DNA of 61,618 nt, counting the filler. It is 5 parts of 5 records of this genome, joined end to end, with 100 filler letters (N's around TTAATTAATTAA, not from the genome) between each part and the next. Parts side by side here need not be neighbours in the genome. Positions count along the whole stretch, not along the records: positions 1 to 13,017 come from SRR20825010_4438; positions 13,118 to 37,621 come from SRR20825010_4440; 3 more parts are not named here. One strand, given 5' to 3'. The translations under genes were made by a program, and so were the position numbers. Shown here piece by piece: positions 8,037-20,298 of the stretch. The notes under the pieces are model-generated. The model made no database searches. It was not told where the DNA came from and was given only the letters and a program-made list of their open reading frames with translations. Every line of letters begins with the position of its first letter. Position 1 is the first letter of the stretch.

Positions 8037-11000
8037 ATGGCCAAGCAAATCACCTTGATCTTCGCAAGTTTTTGGCTTGTTGTATCATCATTTGCCCAAA
8101 CATTTACAGTCTCAGGCACGGTTCGTGATTCCAATGAATCGCTCATAGGAGCTAGTGTTCGTGTCATGGGTACCACCAACGGAGTAATCACGGATCTCGA
8201 AGGCAAGTTCACGCTTCAGGTAGAAAAAAACGCCACGATATCGGCATCCTTCATTGGATACAAGCCAAAAGAGTACGTCATCACTTCCGATCAAAATCTG
8301 GCTATAGTGCTGGAGATGGATTATAGTGAACTTGATGAAGTGGTTGTTGTTGGTTACGGTTCGATGAAAAAGAGTGACCTGACAGGTTCTATCTCTTCCA
8401 TTAAATCCGAAGATTTCATAAAAACGGTTGTCTCCTCACTCGATCAGGGGATTCAGGGAAAAGCTGCCGGTGTGGTTGTTTCCATGGGTTCCGGACAGCC
8501 GGGAGCAAAATCTTCTACAAGAATCCGGGGAACCACTTCCATTCTTGGCGACAATGAACCTCTTTATGTCATTGATGGGGTTATTATCATACCACAAAAT
8601 TCGGGTGTTGGTGCTGTCACAGGCCCTTCTATCAATCCATTAGAAAGCATTAACCCATCGGATGTAGAATCAATAGAGGTGCTTAAAGATGCATCGGCTA
8701 CAGCCATTTATGGTGCTCGGGGTGCAAACGGGGTGATTTTGGTCACAACCAAAAGAGGGAAAATGGGTAAATCGGAAGTGAATCTGAGCTATGCGCATAG
8801 CTGGCAGGAACTTCGATATAAAATCCCACTTCTCAATGCGGGTGAATTGGCCATTCTCGGAAACGAGGCTGCCGATAACGCAGGAGCGCCAAGACGCGTA
8901 ATCTATGCCAGTCCGACCAATTTAGGTGTGGGGACCGATTGGCAGGATGCAATATTTGACATTGCTCCTATGAAAAACATCCAGCTTTCGGCACGGGGTG
9001 GAACCGAAAAATCCACGTTTTCAGTTTCAGGAGGCTTAATAGACCAGGAAGGTATCCTGATCAATTCTTCCTATCAACGGGTCAACGTTCGAATCAATCT
9101 TGATCGGGAATTGAATGATAAAGTTTCTATAGGTACCAGCACGAACCTCAGCAGGAGCCAATTGAAAGGTACGGTAACCGATGCTGAAGGGGCCACTCCA
9201 TCGAGTGTTACCTCATGGGCGCTTTCCTTCAATCCGGGATTGGTTGTGAAAGATCAAAATGGTGATTTCACTTTTGAAAATAACACCGCCCAGCCCTCAG
9301 TTGGAAATCCGGTTCAGGATGCGCTAAGAACAAAACAACAAACTACTTCAGACCGATTGCTAGGAAATATTTTCGTGAAATGGGACATCACAAAAGGGAT
9401 GAGTTTCAAAACTTCTGTGGGAACGGAAGTTGCCTTTATCGATGAAAAATCCTTTGTACCCAATGACATCTTGAGAGGTGAAGCGAGTCATGGGCAAGCG
9501 GCAATAGGAGAAAGTAAAGGAATCAATCAACTGTTGGAAAACACCCTAAGTTTCAATAAAAAATTTGGATCACATGCTTTCAGTGGGGTGGTAGGCCACA
9601 CGCTTCAGAAGTACGAAAGCGAGTTTATATTCCTGGCCACATCAGACTTTGACGATAATAGGTTGGGTTTCAATGCGGTGCAGGTTGGTAAATTGAAGAC
9701 CTTGGTTGTGAATGGTTCTTCAGCAGAACAGATGCAATCATTTCTTGGCAGGGTCAACTATAATCTGAACGAAAAATACCTGATCACAGCTTCTGCAAGA
9801 GTGGATGGATCGTCCAAGTTTGGGGCTGGCAACAAATATGGGTTCTTCCCGTCTTTCGCTGTGGCGTGGCGGACGAAGGAAGAGTCGTTTATGCAGGGAG
9901 TTGAAATGATCAGTGAGTTGAAAATTCGCGCTGGTTATGGGGCTGTTGGTAATCAAGGGGTTGCCCCTTACAGCTCGCTTGGTTTGTTAGTTACTACGGA
10001 AGCGTACTACGGTGAAAACGAGATAGCGAAAGGGGCTGGTCAGCAGACAAGACAAAACAATAATTTGAAATGGGAAAGTACCGATCAATACGATATTGGT
10101 TTTGACCTTGGTTTGTTCGATAACCGATTGATGCTTACAGCCGACGCATATTACAAAAAAACGACAGACCTATTGATCAATGCGCCCTTACCATATACAT
10201 CCGGGTTTAAGGAAAGCACTTTGAATGTCGGTTCCATGGAAAATAAGGGTCTGGAACTATCACTTACCAGCGTGAATACGACCGGAAAACTCGATTGGCG
10301 AACCACTATCACCATGGCATGGAATAGAAATAAAGTGCTAAACATCAATAGGGAAGAAGGAATCATATCCGAAAACATGCTTGGGATTACAGGGTGGACG
10401 TCCGTTGAGGAGGGCATGCCAATCAATACTTTTTACGGCTATGAAACTGATGGAATTGTTCAAACATCTGATGACCCAACAACGATTCCCAATTTTTCAA
10501 CCCGGTTACTTCAACCTGGTGATAGAAAATATAAAGATCAAAACGAAGATGGCCTGATCGACGAAAACGATATCGTTGTTTTGGGCAATGCGCACCCGGA
10601 TTATTCCTTTGGTATAGGAAATACGTTCCAGTATGGTGCGGTTTCATTGAGTGTGTTTATCCAGGGTGTAGTAGGCAATGAAATTGTGAATTTCAACAAG
10701 TTTGGATTGGAAAGCTTTGACGGAAATCAAAACAACTCCAGAGCAGCATTGAACCGTTGGACTCCTGATAACCCAAGCAATACTTATCCCAAAGCTACTG
10801 TTGAGGCCAGGCCCAATATCCTTTCCGATCATCAGGTGGAAGACGGGTCTTACCTGAGGGTGAAAGATATCACACTTAGCTATGATTTGAGGAAATTGCT
10901 GGCATCTGCCAACATTCCGGTAGGGATGTGCCGATTTTATGTGAGTGCCAAAAACCTGATTACGCTTACGCGCTACTCGGGCTATGATCCGGAAATCAAC

Positions 11001-11093
11001 CGGTTTATCAACGCACCGTTAATGTTTGGAGCCGATTACGGCTCTTATCCATCTGCAAAAATTTATACTACGGGCTTAAACATTACTTTCTGA
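8037..11093 (+). CDS. susC: SusC/RagA TonB-dependent transporter
   Basis: LDEVVVVGYG, plug PLYVIDG, VLKDASATAIYGARGANGVILVTTKRG, NLKWE, C-terminal Phe. Confidence 0.95.
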   Translation: MAKQITLIFASFWLVVSSFAQTFTVSGTVRDSNESLIGASVRVMGTTNGVITDLEGKFTLQVEKNATISASFIGYKPKEYVITSDQNLAIVLEMDYSELDEVVVVGYGSMKKSDLTGSISSIKSEDFIKTVVSSLDQGIQGKAAGVVVSMGSGQPGAKSSTRIRGTTSILGDNEPLYVIDGVIIIPQNSGVGAVTGPSINPLESINPSDVESIEVLKDASATAIYGARGANGVILVTTKRGKMGKSEVNLSYAHSWQELRYKIPLLNAGELAILGNEAADNAGAPRRVIYASPTNLGVGTDWQDAIFDIAPMKNIQLSARGGTEKSTFSVSGGLIDQEGILINSSYQRVNVRINLDRELNDKVSIGTSTNLSRSQLKGTVTDAEGATPSSVTSWALSFNPGLVVKDQNGDFTFENNTAQPSVGNPVQDALRTKQQTTSDRLLGNIFVKWDITKGMSFKTSVGTEVAFIDEKSFVPNDILRGEASHGQAAIGESKGINQLLENTLSFNKKFGSHAFSGVVGHTLQKYESEFIFLATSDFDDNRLGFNAVQVGKLKTLVVNGSSAEQMQSFLGRVNYNLNEKYLITASARVDGSSKFGAGNKYGFFPSFAVAWRTKEESFMQGVEMISELKIRAGYGAVGNQGVAPYSSLGLLVTTEAYYGENEIAKGAGQQTRQNNNLKWESTDQYDIGFDLGLFDNRLMLTADAYYKKTTDLLINAPLPYTSGFKESTLNVGSMENKGLELSLTSVNTTGKLDWRTTITMAWNRNKVLNINREEGIISENMLGITGWTSVEEGMPINTFYGYETDGIVQTSDDPTTIPNFSTRLLQPGDRKYKDQNEDGLIDENDIVVLGNAHPDYSFGIGNTFQYGAVSLSVFIQGVVGNEIVNFNKFGLESFDGNQNNSRAALNRWTPDNPSNTYPKATVEARPNILSDHQVEDGSYLRVKDITLSYDLRKLLASANIPVGMCRFYVSAKNLITLTRYSGYDPEINRFINAPLMFGADYGSYPSAKIYTTGLNITF

Positions 11094-12583
11094 TGAAAAC
11101 CAGCTCACACATATTCCTATTTTTAACTGTTTTATTAGGTGCTGTTTCCTGCGATTTTCTGGATGAAGATCCGCAATCGCAGATTAACACGGAAACCTTT
11201 TATAAAACAGAAAGCGATGCAATAGCCGCTACCAACGCACTCTACGACTACCTCACCGTTGGTACGGAGGGTATTTTTGAAACCGGATTCGGAGGTATCT
11301 TCTTCAATGACTATTGGGTTCTCAAAGACATCCTTTCGGATAATTGTTTTACCAACATTGCCTCAAACGAATACGCTACTATCGATCAATTTACCTTCAA
11401 TTCCGAAAATGTACGAATTGAATTGTATTGGCAAGATCTCTATAAAGTAATTCATCATGCGAATGTCGTTATTGATCGTGTGCCAGCGATTAGTATGGAT
11501 GTGGCTCATCAGGATCACTTGTTGGCGGAAGCTCGATTCATACGTGCGATGATGTATTTTGAGGCAGTCAGACTTTTTGGTGAGGTACCATTGATATTGG
11601 GAGAAACACTTGTGTTGGAGGATGCGCTGATTCCTCGTACCGCCACGACTAAAATATATGCTGCGATTGTCACCGATCTTCAATGGTCACTCGACCACCT
11701 GACTACTTCTTTTCGTGTTGGGATGGGGCGGCCGACACCCATGGCTTGTCATGCGCTTCTATCTAAAGTCTATCTGGAGATGGGCCAATATCAGGATGCT
11801 GCAGATGCTGCGAAAATACTGATTGAATCTGGTGAACATCCACTCTTTCAAGACTTTGCAGAACTATTCAAACTTGAAAACGCGAATTCAGGAGAAATCA
11901 TTTTGGCGATCAATTATAGTGGAACATTGAGTCAGGGCTTCAAGCCGAACCAATACCACGTGCGGTTGTTGCCGTCTGGTTTGGCCAACTTCGGTGGACC
12001 GGAAAATGCCTGGGGGTGGGAAAGACCGACAGATAATCTTTATGATAGTTTTGATCCGTCTGATCGAAGACGGGCGGTTACATTCCTAACATCCTTTACT
12101 CCCGAGTCGGGCCCGGCGATCACTTTTGATCCGCATATAGGTAAATTTTGGGATCAGGTAAATGAACCAAGAGGAAACAACACGAACTCAGATGTAATCT
12201 ATTTACGTACCGCAGATATCATGCTGGTATATGCGGAGGCGCTCAACGAGATCAACAATGGTCCGAATGCAGTTGCCTATGATATGATCAACAAGGTTCG
12301 TGAGCGTGCCCGGTTTGACGGGAATGGCTACCAATCCATTTTACCCGATTTGGCCGGCCTTAGTTACCAGCAGTTTAAAGACGCAGTTTTGGAAGAAAGA
12401 CGCTGGGAGTTGGTTATGGAGGGTCAACGCTACCATGATTTAGTTAGGATGGGAAAACTTGTTGAGAAAGTAAACGCCTCAGGCAAGACCAGTTCAAATG
12501 CCCAAGTCTTTCATAACCTGCTGCCCATACCTCAACGCGAGAGAAATCTCAATTCCAAGTTATCACAAAACATAGGATATTAA
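11093..12583 (+). CDS. susD: SusD/RagB lipoprotein
   Basis: Lipobox AVSC-DFLDE; AEARFIRA, LRTADIMLVYAEA, ERRWELVMEGQRYHDLVR, LPIP...QNIGY. Confidence 0.95.
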   Translation: MKTSSHIFLFLTVLLGAVSCDFLDEDPQSQINTETFYKTESDAIAATNALYDYLTVGTEGIFETGFGGIFFNDYWVLKDILSDNCFTNIASNEYATIDQFTFNSENVRIELYWQDLYKVIHHANVVIDRVPAISMDVAHQDHLLAEARFIRAMMYFEAVRLFGEVPLILGETLVLEDALIPRTATTKIYAAIVTDLQWSLDHLTTSFRVGMGRPTPMACHALLSKVYLEMGQYQDAADAAKILIESGEHPLFQDFAELFKLENANSGEIILAINYSGTLSQGFKPNQYHVRLLPSGLANFGGPENAWGWERPTDNLYDSFDPSDRRRAVTFLTSFTPESGPAITFDPHIGKFWDQVNEPRGNNTNSDVIYLRTADIMLVYAEALNEINNGPNAVAYDMINKVRERARFDGNGYQSILPDLAGLSYQQFKDAVLEERRWELVMEGQRYHDLVRMGKLVEKVNASGKTSSNAQVFHNLLPIPQRERNLNSKLSQNIGY

Positions 12584-12585
12584 TT

Positions 12586-13017
12586 ATGCCTTTTAATAAG
12601 TTACCATCGGTAAAAGTAGAATCATCCGAACCATGTGATGTGGGGTGGAAAACGGTGGGTAAAAAAATCCAGACAGAAGCCCAAGGGAAAAAAGTACTGG
12701 TTTTGGAATGTTATCAAGGCGTCCTGATCGATCAGGTGGTCGCTTGGATAGGGGAATTATTTCCTATGGCTGCCATCTACGAGTCGAGCCAGGTTTTCAA
12801 GCCGGAAAAGGAGGTTTTGCAATTGACTCACCCGGATGTTACCGATGATCGCATTTTCGGATTTTTAACTCAAAAGTCTTTAAACGAGTTTGTCGAAAGT
12901 GATAAAATCAGTGCACTAAGAGAAAGAATTGAAGCTGATCAAGGGATCTCTGTTGTCGTAGGCACAGGAGCTAGTTTGGTTATGGAAAACCCGGATTTAC
13001 TTATTTATGCAGACATG
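12586..13017 (+). CDS. Partial; N-terminus resembling the long Bacteroidota class I mannose-6-phosphate isomerase-like (cupin) proteins
   Basis: VLVLECYQGV, VTDDRIFG, VVGTGASL, LIYADM; truncated by the contig end before any cupin domain. Confidence 0.5.
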
Positions 13018-13117
13018 NNNNNNNNNNNNNNNNNNNNNNNNNNNNNNNNNNNNNNNNNNNNTTAATTAATTAANNNNNNNNNNNNNNNNNNNNNNNNNNN
13101 NNNNNNNNNNNNNNNNN
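13018..13117. other. Artificial contig linker
   Basis: 44 N + TTAATTAATTAA (stops in all six frames) + 44 N; composition changes across it. Confidence 0.97.
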
Positions 13118-13152
13118 GGATGTGCCGAAGGAGCGTGTTTTGGAAAGCCCTT
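13118..13152. repeat. Truncated dispersed repeat at contig end
   Basis: GAGCGTGTTTTGGAA (13131-13145) is the reverse complement of TTCCAAAACACGCTC (37590-37604). Confidence 0.6.
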
Positions 13153-13164
13153 CCTGAGCCGTTC

Positions 13165-13815
13165 TTACTCCGAAACCTGCCGACGTTTTTCGACGGCGAT
13201 CGACATTTTCTCAATTATGGGATTAATGCCCTGGTGTTTCATCTTCATCGAGGCACGGTTAACCACAAGGCGAGAACTGATGTTTTCAATCAGCTCGCGA
13301 GCCTCAAGACCATTCGCTTTCAGGGTATTGCCGGTATCAACGATATCGACAATCTCGTCGGCGAGCCCAAGAATCGGAGCAAGCTCCATCGCACCGTAGA
13401 GCTTGATGATATCGGCCTGCCGCCCCTGGGCCGCGTAATAGCGCCGAGCCAAGTTTACGAACTTGGTCGCCACACGCAAACGGCCCTCTGGCGCTTTGCA
13501 GTCTTTCTTCCCGGCCGTCATCAACCGACACCGGGAAATATTCAGGTCCAGTGGCTCATACAGCCCCTCACCGCCGTGCTCCATCAGCACATCCTTACCG
13601 GTTACCCCCAGATCCGCTCCTCCGTATTGCACATAGGTGGGCACGTCGGTGGCCCGAAGGATCAAAACCCGTACGTTCGGGTCCGTGGTGGGAAACACCA
13701 GTTTCCGGGACTTCTTAACATCGTCGACCAGCTCGATACCCGCTTCTTTTAACAGCGGCAGGGTCTCGTCGAGGATTCGCCCCTTCGACAGCGCGATGGT
13801 GATGGAATCGGTCAT
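13165..13815 (-). CDS. hisG: ATP phosphoribosyltransferase, short form
   Basis: [55 protein letters not shown] 13815. Confidence 0.95.
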   Translation of the reverse strand: MTDSITIALSKGRILDETLPLLKEAGIELVDDVKKSRKLVFPTTDPNVRVLILRATDVPTYVQYGGADLGVTGKDVLMEHGGEGLYEPLDLNISRCRLMTAGKKDCKAPEGRLRVATKFVNLARRYYAAQGRQADIIKLYGAMELAPILGLADEIVDIVDTGNTLKANGLEARELIENISSRLVVNRASMKMKHQGINPIIEKMSIAVEKRRQVSE

Positions 13816-13837
13816 GCGTCTTTCCGGTTCAATGTGT

Positions 13838-15127
<1,290 letters not shown>

Positions 15128-15370
15128 TCAGCCCTGGCGCGCGGCCCATTCAGCCGGTGTAAAGGCCTTGGGGTGCAGGGCATGAATGGTACCGTCCAGA
15201 ATGTGCTGGAACAGCGCCTTGTTGATCAGTTGCTGCCGTTTGATGGTTGGCAAACCCTCGAATACATCGCCCACTACAACAACAAGATAGTGATTGCCAT
15301 CGACCTGCACTTCGACCTCACAGCCGGGCAGCGCCTCTTTAACCAACTCGGCAACTTCGGTGGCTTCCAT
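15128..15370 (-). CDS. ibaG: BolA/IbaG family protein
   Basis: DGNHY, F.GL..IKRQQ, GTIHAL; lies between mlaB and murA. Confidence 0.85.
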   Translation of the reverse strand: MEATEVAELVKEALPGCEVEVQVDGNHYLVVVVGDVFEGLPTIKRQQLINKALFQHILDGTIHALHPKAFTPAEWAARQG

Positions 15371-15430
15371 AAATAATCCTCGGGCGTTTTTAAATCAGGG
15401 GCGAGATTGTAACCAATTATGGCATTCGGG

Positions 15431-15772
15431 TCAGCTATGGTGCAGGTTTTCAGAAGAGGACTGGGCGGAAAAACCCGGCAAATGGCGATCAAGGCCGCTC
15501 AGGGCCGCCAAAGAGTTCAGCCGTTCACTTACGCCGGTAAATCGCAGAGCCTGACTGCGGGCAACTGCAAGGCGGTGCCAACACAGCAGCAGAGACAGCA
15601 CCACGCTGTGCGCGGTGCCCATGGCGGACAGGTCCACCTGTAAATCCGCCTTGCTCGCCCGTATCCACTTCTCGCCTTCCTGCCTGACGGAGATCACGGT
15701 GAGCGGATCAACCGCGCCGCTCACCAATAACGTGTCGCCATCAAGAGTCACCACGGGCCGGCTCGCATTCAT
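15431..15772 (-). CDS. mlaB: STAS-domain protein MlaB
   Basis: VDLS, LSLLL, LAALSGL pattern; last gene of the mla operon. Confidence 0.8.
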   Translation of the reverse strand: MNASRPVVTLDGDTLLVSGAVDPLTVISVRQEGEKWIRASKADLQVDLSAMGTAHSVVLSLLLCWHRLAVARSQALRFTGVSERLNSLAALSGLDRHLPGFSAQSSSENLHHS

Positions 15773-16452
15773 GATTTGTCGACTTCACCTTCGAGGTTCA
15801 GCGATTCCACTGCATCGCCCCAGTCGTTGATAACAGCCTGGACCTTGCCGCCGCTCTTCTCCATCTCCTGGCTGAAACGATCACGGAAAGCCAGCCCGAT
15901 GTTCACACCTTCGACGATCACGTTTTCCATCATCCAGCGACCTTCATCCGTTTCGTACATGGAATAAGTCACAGGGTAGCGGTTGCCAGAGGCACTGATC
16001 ACCTCCATACGCACAGACGCCCGACCGTCGTCATTCGGGTTGATCGTGGCTTCCTTTACCTCGATGGTAAAATCGTCAGCACTCACCAGAGCCTGAGCGT
16101 AACTGTCGAAAAGACTGCGCTTGAACTTCTCAACAAACTCGTCGCGCTGCTCCGGTGATGCCTGCCTTGCATAGCGACCCATGACCCGGGCGGCAATTCG
16201 GCGAAAGTCGACGAAGTTCTTCAGCTCCTGATCCATGCTCCGATAAAACGCCTGTGGATTCTGCTCGTACAGGCCCTTTTCCTGATGGAGTTTGTCGACC
16301 AGGCGCTGGGTATTTTTATCCACATACGTGCGGAGGTCCTCCTCCGGTCCGGCGTAGGCCGGTGCTGCCAGCGCCACCATCAGCAACGCAACAATCATCA
16401 GGCTATGTCTGATCAGAACCATGGTTTTCTCCCGTGAACCACTTTCTTTCAT
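15769..16452 (-). CDS. mlaC: Periplasmic phospholipid-binding MlaC/Ttg2D
   Basis: VDFRRIAARVMG, NVIVEGVNIG; signal peptide; start 16452 or 16422. Confidence 0.92.
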   Translation of the reverse strand: MKESGSREKTMVLIRHSLMIVALLMVALAAPAYAGPEEDLRTYVDKNTQRLVDKLHQEKGLYEQNPQAFYRSMDQELKNFVDFRRIAARVMGRYARQASPEQRDEFVEKFKRSLFDSYAQALVSADDFTIEVKEATINPNDDGRASVRMEVISASGNRYPVTYSMYETDEGRWMMENVIVEGVNIGLAFRDRFSQEMEKSGGKVQAVINDWGDAVESLNLEGEVDKS

Positions 16453-16904
16453 TGTGACTGCCCGGAGGCAAAATTGGATATGAGCCGCTCAAGATTCATG
16501 GCGGATTGGGTGGAATAGAAGGTATCCCCGTCCCCCAGGGACTCCATATCTCCGCCCACCGATATATCAATGTACTGTTCACCAAGCAGCCCGGATGTAC
16601 GTATTACTGCTGAGCTGTCAGCCGGAATATTATCCACACTGGCGTTCACATCAATGGTCACGTGGGCCTGGTAGGTTTCCCGATTCAGGGTTATCTCCCG
16701 GATCTTGCCGACCGTGACACCAGCCATGGACACTTTTGCCCGGGGCGTCAGCCCGCCAGCGTCGTTAAAATTGGCGTAGAGCGTGTACGAACTTTCCGGG
16801 GCCTTCGGTGTCAGCCCGCTGACCTGCAACGCCAGGAACATTATGGCGGCGATGCCTGCGATCATGAACAGCCCCACAATCACTTCTGTTGTTCTCTGTG
16901 CCAT
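16449..16904 (-). CDS. mlaD: MCE-domain protein MlaD
   Basis: VGLF, GGL..AKVSMAGVTVGKI, TSGLLGEQYI, TQSAMNLERLI. Confidence 0.95.
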   Translation of the reverse strand: MAQRTTEVIVGLFMIAGIAAIMFLALQVSGLTPKAPESSYTLYANFNDAGGLTPRAKVSMAGVTVGKIREITLNRETYQAHVTIDVNASVDNIPADSSAVIRTSGLLGEQYIDISVGGDMESLGDGDTFYSTQSAMNLERLISNFASGQSQ

Positions 16905-16942
16905 TCCGGCCCCCTGTTTCCTGACGTTTCAGTATACCGCGG

Positions 16943-17725
16943 TCAGAAGTCACCAAACATGACGGCGGTAAGCACAAAATCCAGCCCGAGTACGGCCAGC
17001 GACGAATACACCACGGTTTTCGTGGTTGCGGCACTGATACCAGCTGAGGTGGGCACACAGTCGTAACCCTGATAGACCGCAATCCAGGTACAGACGAACC
17101 CGAACACAAGACTCTTGACGACACCGTTCAGAACATCGGCGGTGAAGCTTACGGAAGACTGCATGTTGCCCCAGTAAGAGCCTTCAAACACGCCCAGCCA
17201 CTCCACACCCACGAGCATGCCGCCCCAGATACCAACCACAGAGAACACCGCAGCCAGCACGGGCACTGAGATAAAACCCGCCCATAACCGCGGGGCAATC
17301 ACCCGGCGCAGCGGATCAACACCCATCATTTCCATGCTGGAAAGCTGCTCGGTGGCTTTCATCAACCCGATTTCCGCCGTTAGTGCGGAACCCGCACGGC
17401 CGGCAAACAACAGCGCAGTCACTACGGGGCCCAATTCCCGCACCAGAGTCAGGGCAATCATCTGACCGATCGCGGCCTCAGACCCGTAGTCACTGAGAAT
17501 GGTGTATCCCTGCAACCCCAGAACCATCCCGATAAACAGGCCGGACACCACAATGATGGCCAGGGACAGAACTCCGACCGAGTAAAGTTGCTTCAGCAAC
17601 AGCGGAAAACCAACCGAGGGCCGCGGAACACCTGCCAGGGCACCGACAAGGAAACGCCCGGAGCGGCCCAGCGATGCAATCACGTTCATCCCCAATCGGC
17701 CAAAAGCCGCCAGCCGGTCCATCAA
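16943..17725 (-). CDS. mlaE: ABC permease MlaE
   Basis: [32 protein letters not shown]. Confidence 0.95.
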   Translation of the reverse strand: MMDRLAAFGRLGMNVIASLGRSGRFLVGALAGVPRPSVGFPLLLKQLYSVGVLSLAIIVVSGLFIGMVLGLQGYTILSDYGSEAAIGQMIALTLVRELGPVVTALLFAGRAGSALTAEIGLMKATEQLSSMEMMGVDPLRRVIAPRLWAGFISVPVLAAVFSVVGIWGGMLVGVEWLGVFEGSYWGNMQSSVSFTADVLNGVVKSLVFGFVCTWIAVYQGYDCVPTSAGISAATTKTVVYSSLAVLGLDFVLTAVMFGDF

Positions 17726-18534
17726 TCCCCCCTCCCGGCAACACTCCAGTCCTGAGCCGCATCGGCAGCCGGATAGTGGAACGGCACCGGACCATCCGGA
17801 TGACCACGCAGGAACTGCTGAACCTGCTCCGATGGGTGCGCCCTCAATTCCTCGGGCGTGCCGTCGCCGATAATACGACCGTCCGCAACGATACAGGCGT
17901 AGTGGCAGATACTCAGGGACTCCGGCACATCATGGGATACCAGCACACTGGTCAGGCCCATGGAGCTGTTGAGATCCCGGATCAGCTTCACCAGTACACC
18001 CATGGCAATCGGATCCTGGCCGGTAAAGGGCTCGTCGTACATGATCAGCTCAGGGTCCAGCGCGATGCTGCGGGCCAGGGCCACGCGCCGGGTCATACCA
18101 CCTGACAGCTCTGCCGGCATCAGATCCCGGGCTCCGCGAAGCCCCACAGCTTCGAGCTTCATTAGAACGATGTCGCGGATCATGTCCTCCGGCAAGGTGG
18201 TATGAACCCTGAGCGGGAACGCCACGTTTTCAAAGACACTGAGATCCGTGAACAGCGCTCCACTCTGGAACAGCATCCCCATCTTTTCCCGCAGACGGTA
18301 AAGCGCCTTGCGCTTGAGCTGAGGAACGTTCTCCCCCGCTACGAATATGCTGCCCGAATCTGGTTTCAGCTGGCCGCCGATCAGCCGCAACAAGGTAGTC
18401 TTGCCAGTGCCACTCGGCCCCATGATGGCGGTAATCTTGCTGCGGGGAATGTCCAGGCTGACGCCATCAAAAATACGACGATTCCCGCGACTGAAAACCA
18501 CGTCTCTCAATTCAATGTAGGGGGATGTGTCCAT
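17722..18534 (-). CDS. mlaF: ABC ATPase MlaF
   Basis: [30 protein letters not shown]. Confidence 0.95.
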   Translation of the reverse strand: MDTSPYIELRDVVFSRGNRRIFDGVSLDIPRSKITAIMGPSGTGKTTLLRLIGGQLKPDSGSIFVAGENVPQLKRKALYRLREKMGMLFQSGALFTDLSVFENVAFPLRVHTTLPEDMIRDIVLMKLEAVGLRGARDLMPAELSGGMTRRVALARSIALDPELIMYDEPFTGQDPIAMGVLVKLIRDLNSSMGLTSVLVSHDVPESLSICHYACIVADGRIIGDGTPEELRAHPSEQVQQFLRGHPDGPVPFHYPAADAAQDWSVAGRGD

Positions 18535-18760
18535 ACCTGCTTCCAAAACCGCCTGAGTGTCGGTGAACCCGCATTCCCAGCCTTTAATGAGTGCGCTACA
18601 TTATGTCAACCTGCCGTGAACCTCAATCCATCCTTCACAAAATGAACTGATGTCAATGATCAGTTTTGCTGAACGTCTTGTCATGAAGGGCAGCCAAAGC
18701 CCTTGAAGTGATATACTTTTGCCACGACGAAAGCATCAACATTTCGAACCCGGAAGCCAG

Positions 18761-19741
18761 ATGAACACCGAAACCAGCCAGACCTTCAAAGAATCCGCCC
18801 TCCGAGCCATCGAGATCGAGCGTGAGGCCATTCACGCCCTGACCGACCGGATTGATGACCGTTTCGTCCGCGCCTGCGAAGTAATCATGGCGTGCAAGGG
18901 GCGTGTTGTCGTGACCGGCATGGGCAAATCCGGCCATATCGGCAACAAGATCGCTGCCACCCTCGCCAGCACCGGAACGCCCTCGTTCTTCGTACACCCG
19001 GGCGAGGCCAGCCACGGTGACCTGGGCATGATCACCAGTCAGGACGTGGTCCTGGGCATTTCCAACAGCGGCAACACCAGCGAAGTGCTGACCATTTTGC
19101 CGTTAATAAAACGCATGGGAGCCCCGCTGATCAGCATGACGGGCAACGAGAACTCCACCCTGGCTCGGGAGGCCGTTGCCAACCTGGATATCAGCGTTGC
19201 CCAGGAAGCCTGCCCCCTTGGACTGGCCCCCACCTCAAGCACCACGGCCACTCTGGTGATGGGCGATGCCCTGGCCGTGGCACTGCTTGAAGCCCGGGGG
19301 TTCAGCACCGAAGACTTTGCGCTCTCACACCCCGGTGGCAGTCTGGGCCGCAGGTTGCTGCTGCGTGTCAGCGATATTATGCACACTGGGGACCAGATTC
19401 CCCGAGTGCAGGAAGACACCACCCTCAGCGGCGCATTGCTGGAAATTTCCCGCAAGGGGCTGGGTATGACGACGGTCATTAATGCCGAGGGCGACCTGGT
19501 CGGTGTATTTACAGACGGCGACCTGCGCCGCACCCTGGACCGCTCCGTGGACATTCACAACACGCCGATTGCCGAGGCCATGACCCGCAACGGTCGTGTG
19601 ATCCACGATGACCAACTGGCCGCCGAGGCACTGAACATGATGGAAGAGCTGAAGATCAACGCCCTGCCCGTCATCAATCGTGACGGCAAACTGACCGGCG
19701 CTATCAACATGCACGACCTGTTGCGGGCGGGAGTGATCTGA
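18761..19741 (+). CDS. kdsD: Arabinose-5-phosphate isomerase
   Basis: SIS domain GMGKSGHIG, HPGEASHGDLG, plus a CBS pair. Confidence 0.95.
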   Translation: MNTETSQTFKESALRAIEIEREAIHALTDRIDDRFVRACEVIMACKGRVVVTGMGKSGHIGNKIAATLASTGTPSFFVHPGEASHGDLGMITSQDVVLGISNSGNTSEVLTILPLIKRMGAPLISMTGNENSTLAREAVANLDISVAQEACPLGLAPTSSTTATLVMGDALAVALLEARGFSTEDFALSHPGGSLGRRLLLRVSDIMHTGDQIPRVQEDTTLSGALLEISRKGLGMTTVINAEGDLVGVFTDGDLRRTLDRSVDIHNTPIAEAMTRNGRVIHDDQLAAEALNMMEELKINALPVINRDGKLTGAINMHDLLRAGVI

Positions 19742-20298
19742 TGGCCGACACTCTGCGCCCTCAATGGCCAGCGGAGCTGATTGAAAAAGCCGCTGCCATT
19801 CGCCTGTTGGCCCTGGATGTGGACGGCATCATGACCGACGGCACGCTGCTGTTCAGCGCTTCAGGCGATGAGATGAAAGGGTTCAATATTCTCGACGGCC
19901 TGGGCATCAAACAGGTTATGGCTGCTGGCATCAACGTTGCCGTCATTACCGGACGGCGCTCGCCGCTGACAGAGAAACGCATGAATGACCTCGGCATCCC
20001 ACACCTGATGCAAGGCCGAGAGGACAAGAAAATCGCCCTGCGGGAACTGGCGGCACGGCTGGAGATCGCGCCACACCAGATTGCCTACATGGGTGATGAC
20101 CTGCCGGACCTGCCCGCAATCCGTTACGCCGGACTGGGCATAACAGTACCCAACGGCTACTGGCTGGTGCGCCAGCACGCGGATTTTTGCACGTCGGCCG
20201 CAGGGGGTAGCGGCGCGGTCCGTGAAGCCTGCGAACTGCTGCTCTGCGCCTGCGGGCAGCTCAACGCAAGCCTGCAACCCTACCTGGAGCAGGACTGA
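19741..20298 (+). CDS. kdsC: KDO-8-phosphate phosphatase
   Basis: HAD motifs LDVDGIMTDG, YMGDDLPD, GAVRE. Confidence 0.93.
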   Translation: MADTLRPQWPAELIEKAAAIRLLALDVDGIMTDGTLLFSASGDEMKGFNILDGLGIKQVMAAGINVAVITGRRSPLTEKRMNDLGIPHLMQGREDKKIALRELAARLEIAPHQIAYMGDDLPDLPAIRYAGLGITVPNGYWLVRQHADFCTSAAGGSGAVREACELLLCACGQLNASLQPYLEQD

